Of a stretch of 64,000 nt of DNA, positions 25,598 through 39,400 are shown piece by piece. Origin of the DNA: Sphagnum compactum. Taxonomy: Eukaryota. The first letter of the stretch is position 1; the number at the start of each line of letters is the position of its first letter. The notes beneath the pieces are model-generated. The model saw nothing but the letters and a program-made list of their open reading frames with translations. It had not been told where the DNA came from and ran no database searches. Made by a program: the position numbers and the translations under genes. The stretch covers positions 4,340,001-4,404,000 of the forward strand of contig OZ234494.1 in the NCBI GenBank assembly GCA_965153455.1, given 5' to 3'.

Positions 25598-27374
25598 TGG
25601 ATCATTATTTTGGATGTTTTTAGTTATATATTATGTTTTGAAATAGGTTCCAACATTTCTAGCGATCCTTTTTTGAAGTTAGTTTTGTTTATGTCTTGCA
25701 TTGTAATGTTCCGTAGGATCATGAGTCCATTTATGTATCTTAGACGTGATAAGGTTACACATATGTTATCATATATATTTAAATGCACATTATTAAGTGG
25801 TTATCGAAGGTCTATAATTAAATTGTCAAATGCTTGTCCTTGTGTTTCAAAGTCTATGAAACAAAAAAAAGTTGGGGCAAGTGGCAATTGATGTCTATTG
25901 ATTATGAATGTTTTGGAGGTGTTTGATTCCAATATGTGATGGTGATATTGGAAATTCTTTGATATGGGTATTATTGGTATGACATTTTTAAGAATGCCTT
26001 TTAGTTTTATGTTTTGTAATTTTATGTTCTTTTTTTATGAAATCATTCAAATTGACTAAAACGTTTATGGGGGGATGCATTGTAACAACTTTTTGTGTCC
26101 ATTTAGAATCTATGAGGGATATATTTTCAATGTGTTTGATGTTTATGTCTACAATTCCTAGTTTAAGATATAGTTTTTTGTTATAATGATTTTCATTCCT
26201 TTATAAATTTTAAGGGAAGGTGCTAAACATTGAATTTTACTTGTGAACACTATTTGTCTTATAATGTATTTGATATCATTACATATTGGACCTTTTTTGT
26301 ACGTGTTAATTGCGACAATAATGTAACATTTTTGTTTTGATGTTTTTGATTGGATATTTATTATGTAACGATTTATAGTATTTCATGATTTGTTATGAGG
26401 AACTATAAAGGTTGTTGTCCTCCATGGATCGTCGAATAAGTTGACATTTAAATTAGATAAAAAACGAGTCTTTAATAATTCAAAATTTAATTTTAGAATG
26501 TTTTCCATTCAAAGGTTTTCTAAAAGGGTAGCATATTGAATGTTTTTATTTTGTCTCATTTGATATGTTACGATAATACTATTTGGTTGATTGTAATTTT
26601 CCGAAAGATTTTTACCTCTTACTTTTTTTGTGTTAATTTTGTGAATGTAAAAATCGGTTGTATGTTTGTTAAATATAATGGTGTGTCATTGATTAATATG
26701 GAAATTGTAAAAAATCTCCCCATGAACATTTTGTTGATTCCTCCAAATTTTAAGTGTATTGTGGCAAGCAAAGTACAACCAACTACCATGGATATTGCAT
26801 CAATAATGATAAATTAAATGTTCGGCCGTATGTTTATGATTGAAAGGTTTGTTTATAGTGCTGTGTTTATTAATTCATAATCTCAATAAAAAAATGTATC
26901 ATTGTTCCATTTATTAATAAGGCTTCATTTGTAGTGTATGTTATAATTTTAAGTTTTTGTTGTTTTCCAAAAATAATCTTGGATATTTCTTATTATTTGT
27001 GTTTTACTACACTAGTAGAAATCAGCCAAAATGTAACCACTCCGTTTACAACTACATGCGACTTGTAGTTGTTTGCGATTAGATTTGGGAACATTTGCAA
27101 CTACAGGACCATATTTCAACTATTTTGGTCATTTTCACAGCTATGATGCAACTATTAGAAATTTCATCCTATTGGTTGGATCAATTTTACATCTATTTTC
27201 ATCCATTAATAGGTTGATATGTCCCATTAGTCGTAATAGTCACCAAATTAGTTGCATCCTAAAGGTATTCTACAATGACATAGGGTTGTATTTTAATGTA
27301 TGTACTAATATATAATATGCATACGTATGTATATTGTTCATATAATGAATCTCAAAATTAATATTTGAACTTTG

Positions 27375-28065
27375 AATTTTTTATTCATCTGAAAATTAGT
27401 ATTTCAATTAAAAAAATTATTAATTGATTAGAAAATGGACATTTTTGAATATTTTTATATGAATATGAAAATTTATACTTCGACTTTAAAAATTATGAAT
27501 TTAAATTTTAAGTAATTATTTGATTTGAACCTGAAATTTCAATTCCAAATTATTATTTCGGATTCTCAAAATTAATACTTCAAGTCTGAAAATTTATTAA
27601 TTGAGTCTACAAATGGACATTTAAATTTTGAATATTGTTATTTGAATTTGAAAATTGACATTTCAATTCTGGAGATTGTTATTTAAACTCAAAAAATTTA
27701 TTTGATCTAAAAATTGATATTTGAATTCTAAAATAAGTTTTTTGAATTTAAATAACAATATCCAGAATTGAAATGTCAATTTTCAGATTCAAATAACAAA
27801 ATTCAAAATTGAAATGTCCATTTTAAGACTCAATTAACAGTTTTCTGAATTGAAATATTAATTTCGAAAATCCAAAATAATAATTTGGAATTCAAATTTC
27901 AACTTTCAAGTCAAATAATTTCTTAAAATTGAAAATTTTAACTTCAGAATTTAAATATCAAATTTCAAGTCGAAATAAAAATATTTTAAATCAAAATGTC
28001 AATTTTTAGACTCAATAAAGTTTTTCAAAGGGATATACTAATTTTTAGATTCAAAAATAATAATT
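27375..28065. repeat. Long imperfect inverted repeat (arms about 27375-27703 and 27731-28065, 27-nt loop); third copy at 29315-29647
   Basis: Left arm aattgacatttcaattctggagattgttatttaaactcaaaaaatttattt versus reverse complement of right arm aattgacatttcaattctggatattgttatttaaattcaaaaaacttattt. The similarity continues for about 330 bp. Confidence 0.9.
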
Positions 28066-28275
28066 GCTCTTATGCATGTGCTTATGAGATGGATGTCTAT
28101 ATCTTTGTTTGTGTATGTTTGACAAAACTTGGGTACTTGTGTTTATGTGGCATATTTTTTTTGGGTACATGTAATTGATGTTGCAACCACAGAGCAAAAT
28201 AGGGAGGGCAAGTCAAGATGCCCAAAGATCTTAGCAACCACTCTCTATTGTCACCAACTTGTGACTCACATGCAA

Positions 28276-28440
28276 TGACGCACTCCCAACTCCTTGAAGG
28301 ACTCAAATGTGAGTCCAAGTAGAACACAACAGAAGAACAAGGAGTCGGGGCACGCTCCCTAGCTCACAACACTTTGAGGGGTAGAGGGGCGTGTTGGAGC
28401 TCCGAGATGGGACTAGGAAGAGTTGACAAGCTTCACTCAC
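28276..28440. repeat. Fragment of an abundant LTR-like dispersed repeat nested in the CACTA element
   Basis: GC-rich block tgacgcactcccaa...ggagtcggggcacgctcc...gtagaggggcgtgttggagctcc, recognised from memory as a common peat-moss repeat. Not verified by search. Confidence 0.4.
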
Positions 28441-30169
28441 AAAAACACAAACAACACCTTTCACTTCCTCTTTCAGAGAGAGTGAGTAACCTCCAAGCCT
28501 GTGCTGCTCCTTTGACTTTGTGCCATTAGACCACCCCAAGCCAAGTTTGGGAGGAGCAAGAGGAGTGCAAGGAAGAGTAACAAGATGGACTTGCAGGCTA
28601 CATGATCATGGCAAACCCTCCCTCAAATGTTGACCAAAAGTTGGAGTTACAGTTCCAAGGTATGTGACGACCTATAATACACAAGTGCCTCATACATATA
28701 TGCTCCCAAGAAAATGCCCAGGACCATACTTGGTTGGAACATTCAACTTACAAACCTCAATCCCAATCTAACTAGTGCTAAACATTTTTCAACAACCCAG
28801 ACACTTTTGAAAATTTGATGCTTAGCTGCAAAGAAGACAAGTGACTGAAACTTCTTCCATTGGTGACCTCTCAAATAGTTCAACAAAATTCTTCAATAAG
28901 CAAAAATTCACAAAGATGTAAGGACTGTAAGGACTAGGCTGAAATAGCGGAAAGGACATTGGGGAAGCATCTAAAAGAAAGTGCTGCTAAGCAGAGGGGC
29001 ACACCAAACTCCAGATTTGCTATTGGAAATAAACTCTCAAACAAGCACCTCCAGAGAGACAGTGACAATGAGAATGGGGAGAGAAGGGAGCAGAAGTGTG
29101 AGAAAATTGATGGTTACAAAGTCTTGGCAGGACACTATGAGCATAGCTCCAATGGATATACATCCGAGGACCAAGTGCAATACTTGCATATGATCTGACA
29201 AACAAGACAAAACTTTTGGGGACTCAAATCCTGCAGTAAAATCTAAACAAAGTGTCTCTCCACTAAAGCACAAAAGTGAAAACATGATTATTTTAGGTGA
29301 ATATTTGAATTCTAAATTATTATTTTCGAATTTAAAAATTAGTATTTCAATTCAAAAAGCTTTATTGACTCTAAAAATTGACATTTTGATTTAATATTTT
29401 TATGTGGACTTGAAATTTCATATTTGAATCCTGAAGTTTAAAATTTCAGTTTTGAGAAATTATTTGACTTGAAAGTTGAAATTTGAATTCCAAATTATTA
29501 TTTTGGAGTTTCGAAATTAATATTTCAATTCAGAAAATTGTTAATTGAGTTTTAAAATGGACATTTTAATTTTGAATATTATAATTTGAATGTAAAAATT
29601 GAAATTCCAATTCTGAAAATTGTTATTTAACTTCAAAAAACTTATTTGATTTAAAATTTATATTTGAATTCTGAATTATTATGTTGGAATCTAAAATTCA
29701 TATTTTAAATCAAAAAATCATTGATTGAATTTTAAGGGTTTTTTCTACTAGAGTTATCCATAATAAATCACTTTCATAAATAAATAAGAATTATTATGTT
29801 TATTAAATCTAAGTTACACTAAATAATTATTGTTATAATATATATTTGTATGTTATATAATTTATATTCTTACGGTAAAATTAATTAATTAATATAATTA
29901 ATGTGACATTACTTTAAAATAATTGTAATTATTTCAGATAAGAATTAATTAGTATGTGCATAATTATTTTCTAATTGAACATAATTATTTGCACTCTGTA
30001 ATTTATAACTTCAAACCTGAATTTAAAATTTGGAAAAATTACAATGTAGTTAAAATAATTTTTATATTAATTTTTATTTCACAAGTTATTGTATAATATT
30101 TTTATTTCTTTAATTTTGCGATTAATCATCTACGATAAATATTTTATAGTAATTTTACAGTAGTTATGC

Positions 30170-30288
30170 CTTGTTCACTAGACCGGTGGATTCGCTATTT
30201 TCCAACTAATCCTCGATTACTAATTTTAGTGAATTCATTCAAAATCTAATGAAATCACTTGGTGTAAGGGACAACTTTTGTTGTAATG
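30170..30288. mobile_element. Degenerate right end of the same family as the 24818-25006 CACTA mini-element
   Basis: aaaatctaatgaaatcacttggtgtaagggacaacttttgttgtaatg matches aaaatccagtgaaatcacttggcatataaggacaccttttgttgtagtg at 24958-25006. Confidence 0.75.
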
Positions 30289-31699
30289 TAAGTAAAAATA
30301 TACCTTTGTTATTTATCAAGGTGGTTTTTAGGTTCATGAGCACAACCCCCAAAAATTAAATAAGTGGTTATGTTTTATAACCATTACTATTAATGCTGAA
30401 AAATATATTCAAACAATTGATAAAACATTGTCAAAATTTTCATGAAAATTATCAATTTTGTTCAAGTTTTAAAATAATTCAAACTAAAAATTCCTTGACT
30501 TTGATTTCTTTCATAAAACTAAAACAATCAATTCCTTGGTTTTGAAAAATATATCTAGTTGTTTTTTTATAAATTCAAATAAACATTAGTTCATTCCCAT
30601 GTTTTTCAATAACATGAGATATTCAAATTCTCATATGTAACCACAAATTTCAATTTTTTGGAAAAAAAAACAACCACCTAAAAACTTATTGGTTTTTTTA
30701 CGAAAACCCAATAGTTGTTTGAAATTTTTGAAATAACTTAAAGTAGTAATCCTCTTAGTTTTATTTGATTTCAAATGCTTCAAGTTTTTAGTTTTTAAAA
30801 GTTGAAATTAAAAATTATTAACAAAATAAAATATCCCTCTAGTAAGAGTATTGTAATATCTAAATGGATTCCACACATTAGTGCCAAATAATTTATCTAT
30901 TTAAAAAATGCAATGAGGTAATTCAGAATTTACTTTTCAAATTTTTGACATGTAATATATTATTATTCATATTTTCAACATGAATGAACACACCTGCATA
31001 TTTTTTCATCTATTTTGATTTACATCAATTGGTTGTTACATGATTTTTTAATTTTATTTGCATGTTTTCACAAATTTTGATTCTTGTTTCATATCCAGTT
31101 TTGCAAATTTCAAAAGACATTAGAAGCTTGTTGTTCACTTCAACAAAATTTGTAAAAGAAGTAATGGAAGGCTTGTGATAAGGATGAAAGGATTATGTGA
31201 GTTTTCTTGAGAGTCTTATAACACTTTGGGAGGTGATTTAGAAATTGTTAAGTTTCATGGCCATAATGGGTAAAGAAAAATTACTCACAACAATTTTCAA
31301 AACCATATCTAATGAATAAAAACAAACATAGCTAGAATGCAATGCACAAGTTTTGAATCAACAACTTATGCAAGAAGAATTAGTAACTAACAAGTTTGAT
31401 TTAAACATCTTATTGGTAAATTATGGAAGAACTTTGTATTTATATTATTATTTTCAAATGAGATTTTTTAAAAAACCAAATGAGGAATCATTAACTAAAG
31501 ATGGGAAAGGGTGAAAAAGGTCAATTAAATGTTTAGGATTTGAAACCATCAAAGAAAATAAGAGCTTACATAAATTGGTTTCAACCACATTTTTAGCATT
31601 TCATTACTATTGTAATGAAAAAACATAGTAACAATTCAAGTGTGTTACACTTCTTCAAAACAACCTACTTGGGAACTGACATATTAAGTCCTTATGAAA

Positions 31700-32229
31700 A
31701 TTGAGTAATGCATGTTATGGGATTGGGTCATCCTAAATCTTTGCAGTCGTGTATATCCTTTATTTCAACCCTTTTTGGATGTATGACGCCATTGTCTTAC
31801 AGTTTTTGTCAAAAGCTTTCTAACGTCATGTTGCATGCCCTTGTTGGAAATCATTTGACCTACGTTTCTTGGTTTTTTGTGGTCATGGGTCTCATTTTTG
31901 ATTTGAATCCTAACCTTTCTTTTGGTCATAACTTTTAACTTTTAGCAAAAATGCAAGTTCATTTTAGATATTTACATTTTAAGAGCTTTCCAATATAATT
32001 CTATATTTGACAATGTTTATTGCCCTACATTTTTAATATCTAAAAGGTTTCGGACACTGTAAGACTCCAACTCCCCAAAGCAAGAGTTCATCTTGAAAGT
32101 TGAAAGAGTGTTTTATTTTGCATTCCTTCAATGTTTTAGGCCTATTTCATGCATTAACTTGTTGATGACCCATTTCTTTTTCGTTTTATTATAGCCTTGG
32201 TCATAAGCTTAATGTTAGGGTTGGGACAC
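31700..32229. repeat. Decayed LTR-like dispersed repeat end
   Basis: Blocks gactccaactcccc...ccttggtcataagcttaatgttagggttgggaca ending in CA, recalled as a common peat-moss repeat terminus. Unverified. Confidence 0.35.
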
Positions 32230-32599
32230 ATATCAAATAATTTACAATATTCCAACAGCCCTTTTTTATTTCGACCAATTAAGTGTTCCTTTCATCCCGA
32301 TAACAAGAGATTTTTCACATATAATGTAAAATGAAAACATTCTTTTTTTCTAGATTAGTTTTTAAGTTTGTTGAAATACCAACATAATGTTTTTATTACT
32401 CGAATTTGAAGTGTAAAATTCATGAGTTGAATACAAAACTCCAAAAAGATTTGTCTAATTTTGGTTCACTTTAGTGAATGAAGACCCTTTATGAGCCTAC
32501 CACCATCTAATGAAAAGAAAGACACATGTGATGCCTTTAGGTTGAAATTTTAACTTTAGTGAAACCCATTGTTCCATAAGATCTTGTTGTCATACTTGC

Positions 32600-33000
32600 A
32601 CATTCAATTTAACCAATTGAAGTTATATGATATTAAAAAAATGGTTTAGTTGCTATAATGTCTGTCCGTGCACAAAAGCCCTAAAATTTTAAACTAGATG
32701 AAACAAACACACGTAAACATCTTAGTGACATCATTTTAGCAAATTGTACCAATGTTCTTTAGCGAACTAATGTCATTATCCAATGTTTAATAAAACATCC
32801 TTTCAAAATACAATTCAATTATTAGAGTATTGTAGTCATTAAACATCAAATTGAAGATGGACAAGATCCATAAGTTGATTTTAACATGAACAACCAAAAG
32901 CTTTGTAATATTGGGTGGTTACATTGTGCATGGAAACGAATGCAAAAGATGGAGGAGATAATTGGGAAAGGTTGGGAGAAGACATGGCATTTAAACCAAT
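32600..33000 (+). mobile_element. Highly degenerate pogo/Tc1-mariner (DDE_1) transposase remnant
   Basis: From 32739 the frame reads ANCTNVL*RTNVIIQCLIKH, compared with the PxNxTxxLQPxD motif of DDE_1 transposases. Later blocks read GWLHCAWK and GKGWEKT. Many stops are present. Confidence 0.5.
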
Positions 33001-35994
33001 CTCTATTGCAATGGAAGCAAATGTGATCAGTTCAATATTCAAAATCACAAAACACTAAAGACCATAATGAAGTAAAAATTAAGTTTGATCCAACACAAAA
33101 AGAATCACATTCATGGAACAATGATTATAAGCAAATGTAGTCACAACATCAACATCAAATGCAACATCGAAACATAAAATTGTTGGTTGTTGTATAACAT
33201 GATTAAAGCAATTAGCTAGGAAACAAAAACCATTAGTGCAAAACTTTACCTACCTATACTTGAACTTTGAAATCATACAATAAATATTAGACAATAGTTT
33301 TGTTTGGGTTTCTTTAGTAGCCCTAATCACAAATGCAAAATAAAAAGAACATTATCCATAAATAGTGAGTCATTCTTTTTACCCATGATCTAGAAACAAT
33401 GCATTTTATCAACTTTATGCAAGTGTGACAACATGAAATGTTAGAACATGAATAGAGGAAACAAAACATTCATACTTGGCAATTTAAAATATGCGTTCAT
33501 GTGACAAATCAAACCTTTGTTTTGCCCCTTGTTCATCATCTTCCACTATAGATGCTCCTTATTATAGTTCCCCAAATTTTTCAACCTTTGCTTTGCTTAA
33601 TCAACCCAAGTTATTTCAATTCCTCTTCACCATCTTTTATTTTTGGATCAACTTTTGGTTTTGTTGACGAAACATATAAATCCCCCCACATGGCATGAGA
33701 GAAATAAAATTATAGACACATAATAATGGTTTAGTGCAAAGGAAATATAATTTGTTGGTGTTTGAATTCACGTTTTGAAAAACTTTCACATGTTTTGTTG
33801 CTAATGTTGTTGTAGCTTCAAGTTGGATCTCTTTCGATGTTGAGTCCATGAAACTATAATGCATGCATACTAGGTATTTAAACGATATCCACATATTGTA
33901 GCAATAGTAAGATGTTGGTTTGAATTAGGTACTTGTGCAATCAAACATTCGTAATATAATTCCATTTGATATTATCATCCAAACACAAGTGGTATTTTTA
34001 ATTTCAAGATTTAACATTTTTATTGACTTGAAATAATATTTAATTATCGAGGTTACACACATTGATCCAACCAGAAGCTTGAAAGAAAATATGGATGGAC
34101 CATTAAAGAAAATGAAAATAAATTAAACTCTTAGAAATGCAAGTTCAAAAAAAATGATAGTATGAATTGAATGAGAACATATGTAAGAGATATTACCATA
34201 CCATTTTGGCCATAATTAAAATAATAATAATAAAATTCGAAATTTCAAAAAAATAACAAGCTGTCCTGTTGAAAATTTCAAAAAACTTAATTTTAAAATT
34301 TCGAAATTTATGGTTCATGTGTTGATTTGTCCATGGGCAGTGAACACCTCCTAATTACAATAATCAATACTTGTTCGAAATTAGTACCTGCCTTAATCAT
34401 TACAATAAATCATCATAATTGTCTGACACACTAGTTTAACATCATTTAAACTACCTACTTATTAATACCAACACAACTACAAAAATATTATTTGCAATAA
34501 TGTGTTGAATTATTATTATTTTATTTTTTATTACATCCGAATATTTAAAAAATTTGTGATTGGAAGGTTGACATGAAAAAAAAATCACTTTAATTATTTC
34601 AAAATGGTAAAGGTACTATGGTAATAATACAAACCAAACCTTTTTTAATTCATGTGACATTCACAGTTAGATTTCTTGGACCATCATTAAAGATCTTATG
34701 TTTTATTTTCTTAATTATAATATTTGCACCAACATTAACAAGTTTGTTGTAGATAGCCCCACCAAAACATCTTTAAAAAAATAACAAATTTGTGGATGTG
34801 ATCTTGCAAATCAAAGCAAGATTAATTCAATATTTGTTAAACATAACAGAAATCAATACAAAAGACGAAGGATTTTGTCATGTTTAAGTTTCTTTTATTT
34901 TAGTAATTTAATGCCTAATGTTTGAATCTATTTTAGATGGGAATTTGCACACTTATATGTTTACATACATAACTAGATAATAAACAGATTGAAGGGCACT
35001 ATAAGTCTCCTTACAATGATGTGACCTATTGGTCTATCACCATTCCAAGAAATCCTTATTACTTTAGACAAACATGAATTTGATGCAAATTCCAAAATGG
35101 TTGTATAGCCCATCACATATATATTTGGGTCAAATCTTAAAATGCAAGTTCTTAATACAACAACAAAATAACATTATATGAACCTTATGTACATGAAGCA
35201 CTACATTTCTACGCAATATCCTAGTTGGCCTTTATGAAATAATTCACAAACACATTTTATTCCCCAAAACTAGTAAAACACAAAATCAGTTATTTTGTTT
35301 ATTTTATTCCACTATGGATTTTGTTGATTTGATCAATACATGCATAATGTTGAAGCTACTTTTGTCAATTGGAAGTTGTAGTTCCTTGAAAGAGGTCACC
35401 AATTCATGCAGTTTGTCGAATTTTGAATTGGATATGTTATACATGTACAAGCATTGGGAGAAAATTTGTAACATATGTGGGGGGCACATTATATCCATGA
35501 ATTAAAAAAATTGAACGAGATATTATGTTTACATCACAAATTTAACATGTAACAAATTAATAATTTAAAATTGTGTAAAGTTCATTCATTTATAAGTCTG
35601 TACATTTTACACATAAATATCATGCATTGAAAACATGTTTGACACATGAATAAATGTGTTGACAAATGAAATACAAACGTATGAATGAACAAATGTCACA
35701 CAAATTTTATCTTTTTCAATAAATACGTGTGTCAAATGTATTTTTAATAAACAATATCAAAATATATGAATTACGAAAGAACTAATGTTACACAATTTCT
35801 ATTTATAAGTTGTGAAATGCTAAATTTGTAATATATAAGTACCAAATTGCCACTTGTGGATGATAACAGAGCACCGTGCAGGCACCTGGTGGGTCTAACT
35901 GAAGCACCGGTGGATGAAAACAGAGCACAGGTTGGGTTTAATGAATTTCCTTCCCGTTGTCGATGAAAAGTGCTGTTTTCTATGGATGTAGAAT

Positions 35995-36002
35995 TCTCCC
36001 GC
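35995..36002 (+). promoter_or_regulatory. Candidate E2F-binding site upstream of MSH2
   Basis: TCTCCCGC resembles the plant E2F site (TTTSSCGC family), about 430 nt before the ATG of a replication-coupled repair gene. Confidence 0.4.
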
Positions 36003-36433
36003 GCAGCCTCGGGTACCTACTTACTAGGTCTCTAGGGATGTATGCCGCCTTCTCTTCCCCTCCTCTCTTCTCGCGCTTCTCTTTTGAGGCAGCTCCTTCC
36101 CTCTCCGCTGTGAAAATGCGGGGCTGCACGAATTTGATTTCCTTTTCTACAGTAGCATGACCGCGGAGGAGCGCCTTGTGTTCCTTTGATTCCTGAAAGA
36201 AATTGGGAGTTTATTTTTTTGCCTGGTTTTTTTGGTATTTTCTTGTGGGGTTTGGGGTTCATGTTGGGGTTTTGAGCAGCGTGTCCTGCAGAAGCCATTC
36301 TTGTCATTCTTGGTTCTTGTGGCCTGCAGGATTTTAGAATCGACGAGCTATCAGTTTAAGTTTCTTGTAATCGCGGAAGAAGAAGAAGAAGAAGAAGCAG
36401 AAGATTCTGATGTCTGAGAAACTCGTGTGCAAA

Positions 36434-39400
36434 ATGAACGGGGACGACGTGGAGACGGAGAACGAGCCGAAGCTGCCGGAGTTCAAGCTAGGTACACAAT
36501 TCTCTGTTTGTCCGAGTTACCGATTCTTCTTGTGGTATTCATCCATGAATCATCCATCTGCTCATATCCAATTGTGCAACAATCATGTCCAATCTGGTAA
36601 GGAGACAAAAGATAATGCAAGCTCCTATTGCAAGGACATGCAAAAGACTTTAAAAGCTGCAATGCAGCTGTCTAATATCGATGCATATTCGTGGTTTTGC
36701 TGGAGCCCTAAACCCTAACTCAACCCTGAAATTTCTCTACAATGGGATGCTATTCTCTGAGAATACAGAAGCCCGTTCCATGCAAGGAACTGACAATTTG
36801 GAAAAATTTCTTTGTGCTTTTATCTGTGCAGATGCGAAACAAGCACAGGGTTTCATTGCATTCTTCCGGAAGCTCCCTGAGGTGAACTTTGCAAGTTACA
36901 GTCCTATTTCTGAATCACTTTCTGAGACCATCACCTTCTTGATGAGCAATTTACTCAAGATTTCTGTTTGGACTGAAGGCATGTGTCTTGTAGCAGTAAC
37001 GGCAGGCACATGTGTTTTCTTGAGAGATTCTTTGCTAATTAAGGGCTCTCTGGAAATGTGCAGAATGAGCAGGTTATAAGATTCTTTGATCGCAAGGTAA
37101 TATCTGCAGGACATCGTCTTAATTGTTCCACACCCTACTCTTTTCCACCTGTAACTAGAAAATAATGCAGTACAGCACTTCCTGTTGATTGTCTTCCTCC
37201 TTTTGCTTATGTGTCTTGTATGGGATGGTGGGGCAAGTGTTTGAATTATAAAATAGTATTTCCATGTCAAGGTTGATTTAAGCTAAGCCCTCATTGTGGT
37301 AGTGCCCAATCCTCACTTATGTGGCAACAGGATTACTATACAGCGCATGGAGACAATGCCACATTCATTGCGCAAACATATTACAAGACCCTGGCAGGAA
37401 TGCGCCAGCTAGGAAGTGGGGTTGACAGCCTTTCAGGGGTGAGCATCAGTAGAAGTATGTTTGAAAACATAGTGCGGAACTTGCTCTTGGAACGAACAGA
37501 TTGCACCATTGAGCTCTATGAGGGTGCTGGCTCCAAATGGCAGCTGGTGAAGACTGGAACTCCTGGCAAGCTTGAGAATTTTGAAGATGTTTTATATGCG
37601 AATAATGAAATGCAGGTACTAGGCATAAACCCCTTCAGCTCTTGGTGGTCTCAGTATGGAGGGAGGTAGTTCAACCTGATGTTGGAATTTCCCAACTTGC
37701 CAACTAAATTGATGTTAGCAAACAGATGAAGGTTCTAAAGGACAATCCGCACAGGCTGATTAGCTTTTCTGAGTTAACTCTTACTTATTAATGGAGTGAA
37801 AGTGGTCTGCACAATTGTGTTATTCTGTTGTTAGATTAGACAATGGGTGCTTGGACTGTCAGCCATAAGCTATGTGTTTGATAATCCTTGGTGTGTTGGG
37901 TGGATCAAATTCTGAACTTATTGCGTGTGTGAAAGTCCTCTAATAATACACATGGGCGGATAATAGAGAGAAAGTGAGTTAATGGCTTAATAGGTATGTG
38001 ATAGTATCTTTGGTGTTGAATGTGAGTGATTCCTCTATAACATGTTTGGATTGGGGTCTGTAATGCAGGATACACCAGTGGTAATGGCTGTCCAGGCAAC
38101 AATCCGTGAGAGTGAAAGATCTGTTGCTATTGCATTTGCAGATCTGACAAAAAGGCAGTTGGGAATGACAGAGTTTCTTGATGATGATCAATACACATGC
38201 CTAGAGTCAGCCATGGTAGCTTTGGGTTGTCGGGAGTGTGTTATACCACAGGAAAATGTGAAATCTCCAGATGCACGCAAACTTCGTGATGTGATGGCCC
38301 GCTGTAATGTGCTAGTGACAGAGAAGAAGAAGACCAATTTCAGGTTTTTATCTTCCTTGTGCAAATGCAAAAGCATGGACATGATGTAGTTTTGAGTCTG
38401 GACCAAGTCACCAGGTGCTCTGATTGCATTTGAGCTAGCAGATGAGAACCTGAAGGACATGTTCTTATTATTTCAGGTCTCGAGACGTGGAGGAAGATCT
38501 GGGTCGCCTTGTGAAGGGTCCGATGAAGCACCACAAAGATTTAGTGGCCAGTTCAGAGGGGGCAGCTGCTGCTCTAGCTGCCCTGCTCGCTTACACTGAT
38601 CTTCTTGCTGATGATGCAAACTATGGGAGATACACTCTCCAGCCCTATAGCCTAGACCTTTACATGCGACTTGATGCTACAGCTCTGAGGGCTCTGAATG
38701 TCACTGAAAGCAAGACAGATGCAAACAAGAACTTCAGTCTTTTTGGATTAATGAACCGTACTTGCACACAAGGTATGGGAAAGCGCTTGCTGAACAGATG
38801 GCTGAAACAGCCACTACTAGATGTTCATGAAATTGTAGGGAGACTGGATATTGTCCAGGCTTTTGTTGAAAGTTTGGAGCTGAGGACAGATTTGCGGTCC
38901 CACTTACGTCGGATGCCTGACATTGAACGCTTGGTGAGCAAGTTGGAGAGGCGTCGGGCTGGTTTGCCAGATATTGTGAGGCTGTATCAGGTGAGTATTA
39001 TCATCACAAGCCTGTATGATATTGCATGGACATGTCGAGACTCTTTAGGGCCAATTTACATACTTTCTATCTGTATGTTGTCAACAGGCAAGTGTGCGCC
39101 TGCCTATCATCCTCAACTGTCTTTCTCGTTATGAGGGTAATTTTACTGAGATCTTGAACAAGAAATACAGCAACGACCTGCAAGAATGGACCCAGCCAGA
39201 TCATCTAGGAAAGTTTGATGGCCTAGTTGAAGCAGCTGTAGACCTGGAACAACTCCAGAATGGGGAGTACATAATTTCTGCTGGCTATGACAGTAGCTTG
39301 CAGGACATAAAAATAGAGCGTGATTCTGTGGAGCAGCAGATTCAGAGAACTCACCAACAGGCAGCTGATGATTTGGGTCTGCCTACAGAGAAGTCCCTGA

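Larger units (their letters stand above)
27010..29753. mobile_element. Non-autonomous CACTA element (about 2.7 kb) with degenerate right TIR, internal foldback and cargo
   Basis: Left CACTAGTAGAAA, right TTTCTACTAGAG (1 mismatch). Flanks are CTA and TTA (3-bp TSD with one transition). CAACTA subterminal motifs follow the left end. Confidence 0.6.

Noticed and set aside
27010..30288. One CACTA element running from 27010 to 30288
   Set aside because: The 30288 end belongs to the CACTACAACAAAA family and the flanks (CTA versus TAA) do not match. The end at 29753 is the better partner.
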